Shown: positions 29,432 through 40,929, counted from the first letter of the whole stretch. The stretch: 56,182 nt of DNA, filler included, from Limisphaerales bacterium (GCA_044225505.1; 5 parts of 5 records of this genome joined end to end with filler, not necessarily neighbours in it), one strand, 5' to 3'. Translations and numbers: made by a program. The notes: generated by a model not told the origin, from the letters alone.

Positions 29432-30190
29432 TTACGGGTGTTCTCCCAGGTAAAAGGAGGAGACCTTGCCATCGGGAGCCAGGCCAATCCGCACATAACG
29501 CCTTTCCCCGGCAAAAGTGAGTTCGTAAAGGTAGAGGCGGTCGTCTCCGCGCTCGCTTCGCTCCATCAGCTGCATGCGGGAAGGCGTTCCTGCTTTCCGA
29601 AGTTCATCGCGATAATAGTTTGCGGTGTCGGGAAAGAATCCCGCGCGGGCGTAGGCCATTTCGCCCGGGACGAGCTTGCCGTCGCGAAGTGTGTTGAGGA
29701 AATGAGCCAATCGTTCGGCAACCTGCGGTTCGCGATCCTCAATCGGGACCGGTGTCTTAACAGCGAGTGCAGGGTTGAGGATCGACGCAATCCCATCCAC
29801 GAACCGAGGCGGTTCGGCTTGGGCGAGATTGGCGAGAACGAGTATGTCGAGATCATCTTCGATAAAGCGCGAGAACTGCGTTTTGAAGCCTTGCCACGCG
29901 CCTCCGTGATGTTGCAGCGGCTTGCCGTTGCGTTCGTCCAAAACCCAGCCCATCCCGTAAGGATAAGTCTTTCCGCTGTTCAACCGGGCGGGAGTGAGGA
30001 TCTCGTTCCAACTTTCAGGCTTGAGCACCGCGCGCTTCTTCACAGCAGTATCCCACGCGAGGAGATCCCGCAGTGAAACGTAGAGCGAACCGTCCGCGGT
30101 CGTGTTGAGAGCGGGGGCGACCCAGTCTTGGTTCTTGAGCTCATCTTTCACAAGCTGGTAACCGGCCGCACGGTTCGGAATAATATCCGA
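29432..30190 (-). pseudogene. C-terminal half of a beta-lactamase-family serine hydrolase (SxxK region missing)
   Basis: DIIPNRAAGY, TTADGSLY, YGMGW, HGGAWQGF, VLANL; no upstream SxxK or signal peptide in frame. Confidence 0.7.
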
Positions 30191-30464
30191 TGCTGGTAGA
30201 AAGCTCGTGTGTAACCAGTAACCAAGGGGCTATCGCGCAGAGGAACAGGTGCCAGGGTGACATGCCAGGAAGCTGTCTGGCGTGCTCTGGAATGTCAATT
30301 GGATGTGATTCGGCATGGATCGACCACGCGATCGACGCCCCACCACTCCTTCATTGCCCCGTGAGAATGCTGAGGCTACAAGATTCGCGGCTATTCCAAA
30401 GCGGGGTAAATGCGTTGTCACATTCGTCTTCTTAAGAGCAGGACAGCGTCATCGCCCGAGACTC

Positions 30465-31136
30465 TTACTCGGATGCCTCGCCTGCCAAAGGGGCCACGTG
30501 CCCGTCCATGAACACCACGTTCTTGCCGGGTTTGGGTGGACGAGAGTGAAACTCGTCGTAGTCGAGAAGGAGCGGAGTCGCTGCCGGAGGGAATGTGAGG
30601 ACGAAGTTTGTGATTCCTGCGGAAAGGTCTCCTTTCTTAATTAACAGGAATGCGCTATCCGTTCGAGTTTCGTCAATCCGATGCCCGTTGAGCTCATAGT
30701 TCCATTCGTAACTCGAGCCTTCGGCGGCGAACCGGCCCCTTTTATCGGACGGGCATTTGAAAACCGTGACACTGTTTGTGTTCGTGCCGCTGCTCCTGCC
30801 CACATAACTCGCCAGCACATCGCAGATGCGCGGTAACGGATGTTGAGGATCGACTGGATTCGTTGGAAGGATCTCGGCACTCGGCAAGCGCTCCTGATTA
30901 TCATCGGCATAAACACGGGTGGCCATCCCCAGTTGCCGTAGATTATTCACGCACACCGAATTATAGGCTTTGGACTTCCCTCGGCCCAAAGCAGGCAGGA
31001 GCAGGCTGGCCAGGATCGCGATAATCGCAATCACGACGAGCAATTCGATGAGAGTGAAGGCGCGACGCGCGTGCCAAAGGAGAGAGAGGTGGCGCACTTC
31101 TACGCGGGGGTTCGGCTCAAAAGAGGTTGTGTTCAT
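30465..31136 (-). CDS. Prepilin-type N-methylation domain protein (PVC pseudopilin, H-X9-DG type)
   Basis: [44 protein letters not shown]...[10 protein letters not shown]. Confidence 0.9.
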   Translation of the reverse strand: MNTTSFEPNPRVEVRHLSLLWHARRAFTLIELLVVIAIIAILASLLLPALGRGKSKAYNSVCVNNLRQLGMATRVYADDNQERLPSAEILPTNPVDPQHPLPRICDVLASYVGRSSGTNTNSVTVFKCPSDKRGRFAAEGSSYEWNYELNGHRIDETRTDSAFLLIKKGDLSAGITNFVLTFPPAATPLLLDYDEFHSRPPKPGKNVVFMDGHVAPLAGEASE

Positions 31137-31194
31137 AAGCAGGGTCATCGTTGGGCAACTGTCGATCGAGAAGTTTGGGCTTTCATTTGTTTCT

Positions 31195-31449
31195 CTATCC
31201 GCCCGGACCATGTCCTTTTCTGGCGAATTCAACCCGTTTCTCCGGCGTGAAATCCCTAAAACGCCGGGAGGGATTTGGGGGCCGGATCACATGTCCGGGC
31301 TTGGGTTGGTGGTCTGAGGCTTCGAGGCCGATGCCCTGGGTCGATTTGTTGGACGTGTTCGTGTGTCGGTCCGATCGGGCGAGCCACAATCCAGCCAAGG
31401 CAACAAGCAGCACTACGAGCCCTAGGGAAAGACGTTTTATTTTCATCAT
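31195..31449 (-). CDS. Small exported or membrane-anchored protein (84 aa)
   Basis: [24 protein letters not shown] leader; C-terminus [28 protein letters not shown]; lies between LytTR boxes and pseudopilin. Confidence 0.65.
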   Translation of the reverse strand: MMKIKRLSLGLVVLLVALAGLWLARSDRHTNTSNKSTQGIGLEASDHQPKPGHVIRPPNPSRRFRDFTPEKRVEFARKGHGPGG

Positions 31450-31516
31450 GTTTCGCTTTCTTGGTTTAAACTTCGCCTCCACTTTTTCCCCGATTCGCGG
31501 TGCGCGCGAAGGAAAT

Positions 31517-31567
31517 GTGACCAAGGCAGATCGATTCCGGGACGAGAACGGCAGAGTGGGGGACGGA
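31517..31567 (-). promoter_or_regulatory. Putative LytTR binding direct repeats (3 boxes)
   Basis: + strand GTGACCA, GGGACGA, GGGACGG with GAC at 31519, 31541, 31562 (22 and 21 bp spacing). Confidence 0.6.
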
Positions 31568-31578
31568 GAAGAACCGGA

Positions 31579-32340
31579 CTAGAGTTTGCCGAGGCGGGTT
31601 TCCAGTTCGCTCAGACTGCAGGTCATGTCCAAACGGGTTCCGTTCTTTAACAACAGCGCATACCGTCCCGATCCAGCCGGTTGTATCTCGCGAATGTAAG
31701 CGAGGTTCACGATCACCGAACGGCTGATGCGCATAAAACCTGCCGCAGCGAGCCGAGCTTCCATGGCCGAGATGGTTTCGCGGATGATATGTTGCTCTTT
31801 GCCCGAGTGGAGGACGACATAATTGCCCGCCGCTTCAACACGAACGATCTCTTCAGGCTTGAGGAAGAGGATCCGCTCGGAAGATCGGACAAAAATCCGG
31901 CCGCCACCTGTTACGGGTGCGTGGAGCTGGCTTAAGAGAGCTTTCAGTTGGGGATCCGCTTGGCGGAGACCTTTTTCTAAGCGGTCCCGAGCCCGTTGCA
32001 GCGACATCTTGAAGCGTGCTTCAGTGAAGGGCTTGAGCAAGTAATCCAGGGCATTGAAATCGAAAGCTTGAATGGCGTGCTCATCATGGGCGGTCGTGAA
32101 AATCACGATTGGAATCGGGCCTGGCGCAAGGGCCTGGAGCACCTCGAAGCCGTTGAGCCGTGGCATCTGCACATCTAGAAAAAGCAGATCTGGTTGGCGC
32201 TTCTGCGTTTCCTGGAGAGCCTGAGCGCCGTCGGCGCATTCGGCCAGGATCTCTACGTCGGGTTCATCTTTAAGAAAAGACCGAACCCGTTCGCGTGCGA
32301 GCGGTTCGTCATCCGCAAGGATGGTGCTAATTCTCTTCAA
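31579..32340 (-). CDS. LytTR family response regulator
   Basis: ADDEPLAR, FLDVQMP, FTTAHD, DYLLKP; LytTR domain EAAGNY...FMRISRSVIVNL. Confidence 0.93.
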   Translation of the reverse strand: MKRISTILADDEPLARERVRSFLKDEPDVEILAECADGAQALQETQKRQPDLLFLDVQMPRLNGFEVLQALAPGPIPIVIFTTAHDEHAIQAFDFNALDYLLKPFTEARFKMSLQRARDRLEKGLRQADPQLKALLSQLHAPVTGGGRIFVRSSERILFLKPEEIVRVEAAGNYVVLHSGKEQHIIRETISAMEARLAAAGFMRISRSVIVNLAYIREIQPAGSGRYALLLKNGTRLDMTCSLSELETRLGKL

Positions 32341-33791
32341 ACCTCGGAAGAGCCGGCCGTTTCGGAGGATGTTTGTGGACGCCAGGGAATCTCCACACGA
32401 ACGCTAGTGCCTCCGGTTTCGCCCGGCGTTAGTTCGAGTCTCTGTCGATCACCGTAAAGGGCTTGGAGCCGTTCTCGGAGGTTGCTCAAACCGATTCCGG
32501 TCCCGGGCTTGGCCAAGACCACGCTCGTCGCCGAGCTCTCCGCAGGCGCCGGCGAACTTCGGTTGAATCTTGGAGGATCGTCCGGGCCAACGGAATCCGG
32601 ACCACCTCGGGCGAGGCCTACCCCATCGTCTTCCACGGTCAGGACAAGCTTGCCATCGCGGAGGAATGCGCTTACTCGCACCATCCCCGCCTTTTCAGCC
32701 GGCTCGATTCCGTGCCGAATGGCATTCTCCACCAGGGGTTGCAACACCAGTGTCGGAACCAAACACTCCAGCGCCTGCGGCTCAATATCCTGTTGAATGC
32801 GCAGCTTGTCGCCGAATCGGGTTTGTTGAATCTCCAAGTAACGTTGGACGAACTCGAGTTCCTCGCGGAGGGCTCCCTCCTGTCGCTCCGACTGGCTGAG
32901 GGCCAGGCGTAGCAACTCACTCAAGGCCACCAACGTCGTTTCGGCCAGCCGTGGATCACGACGGAGCAGGGCAGCAATCGCATTGAGGCTATTGAACAGG
33001 AAGTGCGGCTGCAATTGAGCTTTGAGGGTGTGGAGGCGCGCCTTGGCCAGGTTGGATTCCAGAAGGAGTGCCCGACTCTCTCTCTCACGCAAGCGTCGGT
33101 AGAAGTTCACAGAATGGACTAGACCGGTCATTGCTCCATAAGCGAGCAGGTCCAGAATCGTCGAGCGCAAAGACACTTTCGGGGCGCGTGGCAGGAATTC
33201 GAAACCGGTAAATCGAGCCGATGGACGCCTGAACTGAACTGGCTGGTCGTTTGGGATCAAACGGCTGGGAGCGCGCTCCGCCGGAGGCTCGTTCGTTTCG
33301 GAAGGCTCCGTTTCGAGACCGGGAGCATAGTCGGAGTTAACCAGTAAAAACCTTGGATGAGGCAGGTTCGTTCGGAGGGCGATCGCCTGGCAGGCGCAGA
33401 TGAAAGCCAGGCAAGCCGCGGCGTTGAGCGGCAAGTTGCGGCGGAGGCGCTCACGTTCCAGGGGAAAGTGCCAAGCGATCAGGGCCAAGTAGGGGCCGAA
33501 CAAGATCCAGGGATAGGTGCGCTGCAACCCAAGCTCGCCGCGGAACATCGCTTGAACTTTCTCGCTAAATCCGGGCAGAGCCAAGTCTCGGTCCGGCAAG
33601 ACCCACAAGGCAATCGCCCCGTGGCCTTTCGCTAGCCACCAAAGGGCGATGCTGACAAAGGCTGTCCATCCCAGAAAACAAATCCATAAAATCCGGCGAC
33701 CGCGTAAAGGATTCGGCGGCCCCTTTCCAAGACCGCGTTGGGCTGCCTGGATCCAATCGGCTCCCGACGTGGTCTGGGCTTCAGTCCTCAT
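32337..33791 (-). CDS. LytS/YehU-type sensor histidine kinase
   Basis: TM N-terminus; LKAQLQPHFLFNSLN, YLEIQQTRFGD, LQPLVENAIRHG, VEDDGVG, GIGLSNLRERL; 4-bp overlap with regulator. Confidence 0.93.
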   Translation of the reverse strand: MRTEAQTTSGADWIQAAQRGLGKGPPNPLRGRRILWICFLGWTAFVSIALWWLAKGHGAIALWVLPDRDLALPGFSEKVQAMFRGELGLQRTYPWILFGPYLALIAWHFPLERERLRRNLPLNAAACLAFICACQAIALRTNLPHPRFLLVNSDYAPGLETEPSETNEPPAERAPSRLIPNDQPVQFRRPSARFTGFEFLPRAPKVSLRSTILDLLAYGAMTGLVHSVNFYRRLRERESRALLLESNLAKARLHTLKAQLQPHFLFNSLNAIAALLRRDPRLAETTLVALSELLRLALSQSERQEGALREELEFVQRYLEIQQTRFGDKLRIQQDIEPQALECLVPTLVLQPLVENAIRHGIEPAEKAGMVRVSAFLRDGKLVLTVEDDGVGLARGGPDSVGPDDPPRFNRSSPAPAESSATSVVLAKPGTGIGLSNLRERLQALYGDRQRLELTPGETGGTSVRVEIPWRPQTSSETAGSSEV

Positions 33792-33813
33792 TCAAGGCAA
33801 AAGAGAGAACTTC

Positions 33814-33883
33814 GCGACAAAAAGCAATCTCGCAGTGACAAAACCGGGGCAAAGCGGGACTAGATGAACGGAACAAGTGACGA
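33814..33883 (-). promoter_or_regulatory. Putative LytTR binding direct repeats (4 boxes), autoregulatory
   Basis: + strand GCGACAA, GTGACAA, GGGACTA, GTGACGA with GAC at 33816, 33837, 33858, 33879 (exact 21-bp period). Confidence 0.7.
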
Positions 33884-34073
33884 ACACGGGGAGGAATCGC
33901 CGAAGCTTCAATTCGCGGGTCGCATCCAGCGGTGTTTGGCACCCAAGTAGCGGGGGCCAGCGCGACCTGGGCCAATGACTGTGCACAATCCACAGCGCCA
34001 AAATTCGCAGAAGGCCTCCGGTAACGCGAATCCATATCGCGCTTCGATTTCCCTGAAAAGCGGGTCCATTGCC

Positions 34074-34173
34074 NNNNNNNNNNNNNNNNNNNNNNNNNNN
34101 NNNNNNNNNNNNNNNNNTTAATTAATTAANNNNNNNNNNNNNNNNNNNNNNNNNNNNNNNNNNNNNNNNNNNN
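34074..34173. other. Artificial contig linker
   Basis: N44-TTAATTAATTAA-N44. Confidence 0.98.
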
Positions 34174-34174
34174 G

Positions 34175-36529
34175 CTCGAGACCGGAGGAAACTATGATCC
34201 GGTCGAATTCACGGTTAGTTCTGCTGGAGAAGAGCAAACTCCCGCTCAGAAATCAGGGACTGTCTCGAGCACGCGCCAGCGCGATTCCTTCCTTTTCCAG
34301 GCAGCACCCAGTTCGACCATCAGTGTCGTCGTCAACGGGAAGAACAGTGCCTCGGACTTCGATCCAGTGGTCGAACTGTACGATCCAGAGGATTTCTTGA
34401 TTGGCGCCAGCGATAACGGGCCGGGCCGGGGCCGGAACGCGGCCTTACTGGGTGTCACTCTCCCCGCCACCACGGTTAGCGGCAACGGGGCGCCGGACCC
34501 TAGCACATATCGGGTGGTTGTCAGTGCGGTCGACAACTTCTCCAGCCCTAATCCGCTGACCGTCGGAAGCGCCTATGTCCGCCAGGCCGCCACTGGTGCT
34601 TACGAGCTCAAGGTATTCACCGGCTCTGGACCACTCACGCCTCCGCTAAATCCCCCGACCATTACCGGGTTCCAGGCAACCATTATCGCTCAGTTGGAGA
34701 AACCTGGAGGCATCGCCGTCGATTCCAACGGCAATGTCTTTATGATTGGCCGTGACTCGGGAACCCTCGTTAGAATTACCCCGAGCGGTTCCCGCAGCCA
34801 GATCGCCCAACTGAGCCCCGAACCGGGAGGCTGGTTCGCGCTCGTGGTCGACAAAGTCGGCAACATTTACGTCTCCCATCCCACCGCCAACCAGGTCGTT
34901 CGTGTTGCGCCATCCGGCACCCCGACCGTGGTGACCTCGGCTATCTCCCAACCCACAGGACTGGCGCTGGACGCGGCCGGCAACCTTTACGTCGCGAGCC
35001 TCGACACTGGGAATATCTTCAAAATCCCCGCCGCCTCCGCCGCCGGAGCTGGCCCTGGCTCAACGAGTGGATCGGCATTGGTGAGCGTAAAGTTGGCAGC
35101 CCCAAGCCCCTCGCTCTACGCTTCTGGTCTATCGCAACCTGTCGCTCTGGCCTTTAATACCCTGGGCGAGCTCTTCGTCGCCAATCGGGGCAGCAAACAA
35201 ATCAGCCGCATCCCAATCGGCGGTGGCACGGGCAGTACCGTTCAGCAGCTGGAACAGTCGCCCGAATCGCTGGTGGTGGATCTCAACGGCGACGTGCTGG
35301 CTGGTTCATCGGACGGAAAACTGTTCCGCATCCGCCCAGACGGCGCTATCCGCATTGTTAGCACAGACCTATCGCTTGTGAGTGGCCTAGCGATCGACCG
35401 TCTGGGCGTTCTCTTTTTGACCGATGCCAAACGGAACGGCGCCTTCAAAGCTGTGCCAACCGAGCCAGACCCGAATACCCCTGTGCCGCCGACCCAGCCT
35501 GCTGAAGTTCACCTCTATGGTCTATCCCTCAAAATTCATCCCGCCACCGTTCAGGCCGATGGCGATCGCTTCACTCTCGAGCTCTCCACCAGCACCACCG
35601 GCCCCGCGAACGGTGAGTTGTATCCTCTGTTCGACCAGTTTGATCCCCTAGCACCGATCGATCCCGCCCATGGTGGCTCGTTTACGTTAAGCGCGTCGAG
35701 TCTCAGTGAACCAATGCTCGGCGATCTCTTCCTCGATCTGCCCTTTGCGGCCAACCCATCCTTCGGCAGTGTCCCCGATTTCTTTACGATCAACCGCGCC
35801 ATCGGGCCTGTGACGACCGAGGGCGATTTCTTCAACGATTTCGATCAAGGCACCATCACGGCGACCTGGCAACGGGCCGCGAATTCCGCCAGCGGCACCG
35901 TGCAACTGCGCGTGGAGAGCGACCTTCTGGGAGCCCTGCCGGAATTCACGCATGCCTTTGACATCTTTGTATACGCCGGAACCATGAGCTACACACCGGG
36001 AACGAACGTGACCGGAAATATCAAACTGTTAGGCCAACTCCGACCGGATACAGCTCTCAACGGGCCCATAACATTTCGCCACTTTCCCGGGAACCAGACC
36101 AATACCCTCGAAGTGCTCTCCGGAACATGGAAAGATCAAACGGGGGGTACCCTGTCCTTCCTGGACACTTCCGTCGCGCGAACCGCCTCCGGCACGACCT
36201 ATTTCGGGTATCTCAATTTCGACGATGGCGATCTCACGACCCAGACGTCCGACTACTACAATTGGGTCTTGCTCATTGACGACCCGAACGACGCCAACGC
36301 TAATGGCATCCCGGACCTGAGCGACACCAATGCCCAACCTCCGTCCCTCTCCGTTATCCGTATTCAACGCGAGCCCGGGCAAGTAGCCCTCACGTGGACG
36401 GGCCAAGCTCGACTCCAAGGGTCAGACACGATCACCGGCCCTTGGACTGACTTGCCTCCATCAACGCCGCCCGTTTCTTTGCCTGTCACGAATCGTCAAC
36501 AGTTCTACCGGCTCACACGGGCGCCTTAG
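34175..36529 (+). CDS. Secreted NHL/SMP-30 beta-propeller protein with PPC-like domain and FYR tail (5'-truncated)
   Basis: FDPVVELYD (PPC-like); repeats PxGLAxDxxGNLYV; DPNDANANGIPD; C-terminal LTW...GPW...QFYRL. Confidence 0.75.
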   Translation, partial: LETGGNYDPVEFTVSSAGEEQTPAQKSGTVSSTRQRDSFLFQAAPSSTISVVVNGKNSASDFDPVVELYDPEDFLIGASDNGPGRGRNAALLGVTLPATTVSGNGAPDPSTYRVVVSAVDNFSSPNPLTVGSAYVRQAATGAYELKVFTGSGPLTPPLNPPTITGFQATIIAQLEKPGGIAVDSNGNVFMIGRDSGTLVRITPSGSRSQIAQLSPEPGGWFALVVDKVGNIYVSHPTANQVVRVAPSGTPTVVTSAISQPTGLALDAAGNLYVASLDTGNIFKIPAASAAGAGPGSTSGSALVSVKLAAPSPSLYASGLSQPVALAFNTLGELFVANRGSKQISRIPIGGGTGSTVQQLEQSPESLVVDLNGDVLAGSSDGKLFRIRPDGAIRIVSTDLSLVSGLAIDRLGVLFLTDAKRNGAFKAVPTEPDPNTPVPPTQPAEVHLYGLSLKIHPATVQADGDRFTLELSTSTTGPANGELYPLFDQFDPLAPIDPAHGGSFTLSASSLSEPMLGDLFLDLPFAANPSFGSVPDFFTINRAIGPVTTEGDFFNDFDQGTITATWQRAANSASGTVQLRVESDLLGALPEFTHAFDIFVYAGTMSYTPGTNVTGNIKLLGQLRPDTALNGPITFRHFPGNQTNTLEVLSGTWKDQTGGTLSFLDTSVARTASGTTYFGYLNFDDGDLTTQTSDYYNWVLLIDDPNDANANGIPDLSDTNAQPPSLSVIRIQREPGQVALTWTGQARLQGSDTITGPWTDLPPSTPPVSLPVTNRQQFYRLTRAP

Positions 36530-36755
36530 CGTCCATTCCACCTGGCCTTCGGGCGACGAGATGCATTCGCCTGTCTCCCTAACGTTACGGTTGCTTTCGC
36601 GACATCAGCCATCATTGGAATTCGGCCTGATTGGCCTCACCAGGTCACATACGAACTGGCTTTGAGTTTGACTTAAGGCCGCTTGAGCCGTAGAAAGACA
36701 CCCAGTCCGTTCCCATTTTCCCGTAACAGTCCGAGGTCCGTCGTGGTAATGCTCA

Positions 36756-39700
36756 ATGAAACCACTGCTTCGAACGGCTGAGGCTTGCTGCTCGATCGTC
36801 TGCCTGATCATTTGTTTGCTGGTCTGGACTGAATTCCAAACGATCCGAGTCCAGTCCGCACCGACGCTGGAAATTCGCAGCGAGGGCGCGGATCTGCTGC
36901 TCTCCTGGCCAGCAGCCACGGACGGATTTCGCCTCGAAACCACGGATCCACTTTCAACCACAACATCGTGGAAATCGGTCGCAGGTTCGCCTTTGCTTCG
37001 TGGCGATCAATTTGTCGTCAACCTGATCGCGGCAGACAAGGCGCGTTTCTATCGGCTGGCCAGCCGTGGCGCATCTCCAACTTTGACCGACGTTGCCTTG
37101 GACACCACCTTTATATCTCCAGCCAGCGTGGCCACGCTGCATTTCGGTTATTCTGCTCCTGGCGGCGAGCCGCATTTCGTCGTCATCACACGTTCCAACT
37201 GGACGGGGGTCGTCACGGAACGAGTCCCCGCCGCCCTGGTTGGCGTCACGGGAACATCCGGGATGCTGGAACGCGAGATGCAAGTCGGATCGCTGGCATT
37301 TGGCCCCAATACCATTTGCATCGCGTTGGAAGATGCCGCTGGACACGTGAGCGAACGCTCTTGCGTTGATCTCGTCTTGGGCGGCGACCAGCGCGGCACG
37401 TCTCCTCAATTAGTAACGCTGCAACCGGAGCACATCGAACAGCGATTGCCGTTGTCTCCCGGCAAAGTCGTCCGCGAATTCGCTCTCACTTGGAACGACG
37501 CGGATGGCGATGTCGAGCGGGCTCGCGTCCGTATCGTGCGACCTAACGGCGCAGTGCAAGCGTTCGAACTGGAGGCGCGCCAGGTCGGAATCATCGGCCC
37601 GAGCGGCACAGTCCAAGTTCCGCTACTGACGCTTCGGTCCGCAGATGAAGCGGGCGACTACCGCATTGAAGTCAGCCTGGTGGATGCCAGCGGCCAGATT
37701 GGGAACAGCCATAGCATCGTCATCACTGCCTCTCGCGAGTCTGGGGAAGAACATTTGCGCGTCCTGAGCGCAGCGGTGGAAGACAACCCAGACCTCATGA
37801 GCCGAGTGCTAGTCATCCGCGGGATTGGTTTTGAATCGGAGAAGCCGGAGAGCAACCGCATTCAGCTGCAAGGCAAAGAATTGGTCGTCCTCAGTGCGAC
37901 CGCCAACAAGCTGACTGCGCTGCTGCCAAACGACGTGGCCCCGGCGCGGGTGCGGGTAAGTAATCGCCGCGGCAGCGCTTGGTCTGACGCAGCTCTGGAA
38001 GGTCTGCCGTTAGAACTCAGCCTAGTCCCGCCCGCTCCCACGCTGGCTGTCGGCGCTGCCCAGACGTTCACCGCGCTGCTCTATGGCCAGCCCATGCCGA
38101 CGGTGGAATGGGCCGTGGACGATATTCCGGGCGGCAACGCCACGGTCGGTTTCATTTCCTCATCGGGCGAATATGTCGCGCCGGCAGTCGCGCCGGCGAA
38201 CGGGCAAGTGACGGTCTCGGCATCCTCGCCCGAGCTTCAGATTGCCGCACAGACCAAGATCCTCTTGCTGACTCCGCCGCCAATCGCAGACACCGGCATT
38301 ATCCGAGCGAAGCAGGGTGGCACAATCACCAGCAACGATGGACGAGCGGTCGCGGAGTGGCCGCCGCACGCCCTGACCGACGACTCCGTAGTTTCGCTCC
38401 GTTTGCTGCAAGAGCCAGCGCCTCTGCCTCCGCCCGGACGCAAAGTGCTGGCGGCATTCGAACTCATGGCACAACCGGCCCAGGGCTTCCCAACCGCGGC
38501 CCCTAAAGTCGGCCTCCAAGCCGTTGTCGCGCCATTGCTGCGAGCACCCGTCGCGGTCACGGTCCCGCTTGCCAACACGCAACCGCCCGGTGGTAACCCG
38601 ATCCCTAATTTGGAGGTGAGAATCGGAGGTGTGCTATTCGAGTCGGTGCCAACGGTGGTCACGGATGACGGTAACGCGCTGAACCTCTTGCTTCCTGCCT
38701 TGGGTGAAGTCATCGTCTTCATTCCCGTTTTGCAACTCCCACTCCCTGCGCCCACGCTCGGACCCATCTCTGTTTGCGGCCGACTCGAAGAAGGTCGCTC
38801 GACCGCGGTGAGATTTTCCGGGCAGAACCTGACCGAAGACATGACCGCCGAAGTCTTGACGCAACAAGGTCAACCGACCGCGAATGTGACGCCCGGAACG
38901 CTGCATATTCGGGGGAACGATGGGGGAATTACTTTGCATTGCCGGACGATTCGCGATCTGGGCGAGAACCAATCTCGAGTGTTTCAACTCTTGCTGAGAC
39001 GGCCTGACGGGGCGTCGGTAACCACCCCGTTTACCGTGACTGGACATGACGAACTCTTTCTCAATCCCGGTCAGCGATTGCTCTGGACGAACGACGCGGT
39101 TGTCCGCTTCTCCGAGATTGACATCCCCGCTGGCGCTACGGTGGAGATTGCCAAACCACGACTGGAAGGCAGCAGGATCGTCGGAGGCATCCGACAAGGG
39201 GGTAGCCTCCTTGGAGGCGTGCTGAGATGGGAGAGCACTGGACGCATCCGTATCAACGGCCAGATTGACGGCCGCGGTGGACCTGGCAGTCCTGGCAGTC
39301 GTTCGAATGGGGGGGGCCCGGGCGGTAGTGTTGGACCCGGTGGCGGGATCGGCGCGCTGGCGGGCTCAGGCGGTTTGGGACGAAGCGGTAGCGATTGCAG
39401 CGGCGTTGTTCAATGGCCATTCGATCCGGCCGGGTATTTGGCGATCGGCACCGTCAACAGTACTTGTCTGTTCTTGTTGGAACGATCGATTGGCGATTCC
39501 GCGAGCGATCGTTCGGCAAGGTCGAGTGAAGGGTTGGACTACTTCTATCGGCATGGCTTTGGCGGATTGGCCGGAGCGAATGTGAGCATTCTTGAGGATA
39601 TCGCGGCAATCGTGGGGGTATTTGCCGATCTCGTTTCCACAGCCTTTAATTTCGCCGCTTGTTTTACCACGGGCACGACTTGCGCCACTCTCGTGCCGAA

Positions 39701-40900
39701 TGCCGCACAGACGATCGACGGTGTCAGTGATCTGATCGAGCATTTCGACAGCAACGCCTCTCGTGGCGAACCTGGGCGCCCTGGCGAACCCGCTTCCCTT
39801 TCCGGACAACTTCGCGGCCACGGCGGCGGGGGTGGCGGCGGGGGCGGACGCTATAACTATGTCTTCGGGACGGATCCGGCGGCGGCGGGAGGTGGGGGGG
39901 TGGTGGAAGAGGGATCTCCTTGATTGCGGCGAGCGACGTCACTTTGGGTGGAATGTTAGACACGCGCGGCGGAAATGGCGGGGACGGCTCTGAAGACGGC
40001 GACTTCGTCCCGCGTCCCGGGCAGCCTGCAGTCCCCGGTCGATTTAGTGGCGGTGCCGGCGGCGGTGGAAGCGGCGGGGACATAGAGATCCGTGCGTTAG
40101 GGCAAGCGTTTGTCCCGACCGCACTGGTAACCTCTGCCGGAGGTGGTTCGGGTATCTCCGGAGTTTCGGTTCCTCATGAAGGCAGGCAATACCTCTTTGT
40201 TGACCCATCTTTGACGCAAGCGCCTTCCGGCCAGTTGAATTCGCGGGGCACGCCGAGGGCACCCACGCGTGAACTTGTGGTCTCCGAACGGCTTTATTCC
40301 GTGAACGGGTCGGGGCTCGCTTCTCCCGCAACCCTCATTGTGCAAGCGCAGGACGGCGCCACTCGTCGGGTGACTGTCACCCCAGGCCAGACGACGCAAT
40401 TGACTCTGTTCGATGGGTTCAACCGCATTTATGATGCACGCGACGAAAGCAGCAGTGATCTGCTGCACCGCTGCGTCCTGTACCTGCCGGAAGGCCCCAT
40501 CTCCGTAATGCCGGACGACACTGACGGCGATTCGTTTCCCGACTCGATCGAAGTTGCCTTCGGCTCCAATCCCGCCAACCGGCTGAGTACACCGCTCAAC
40601 TCCGGTCTAGCGTCCGGGCCGCATCGAGGGCTCATCGGAGCCAAGCCTTCCAGTGCGCGCGTCGTTCGCCCATCCTTTGGTGCCTCCCAGGGCACCGCAC
40701 CAAGCGTGGTGGTGGCGACGGCGCCGGGTCTCCGCATCCTTCGACCGTCGTTCGATTCTTCCGGAGGATTGCCTGGTGGCACCGTGATCGCGACGCCATG
40801 GGACTTGCGTGTCGTGCGGCCTGCGATTGGTCCGGCCAGCAATCTGCCTTATAGCGTCTTCCTCAGCCAACCGCCCTCCGTGCGCGTCTTCCGCCCATGA
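36756..40900 (+). CDS. Large secreted multidomain protein (N-terminal FYR domain, Ig/IPT, ZU5-like, Gly-rich, TSP3-like); split by a frameshift at G7 run 39894-39900
   Basis: ORFs 36756-39923 and 39920-40900 join as GGGG/GGRGISLIAASDVTLGGMLDTRGGNGG if one G is added; WAVDDIPGGNATVG (Ig-like); DTDGDSFPDSIE. Confidence 0.65.
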
Positions 40901-40929
40901 TTCTACTCCCAAGCCAAACACCCACGATT

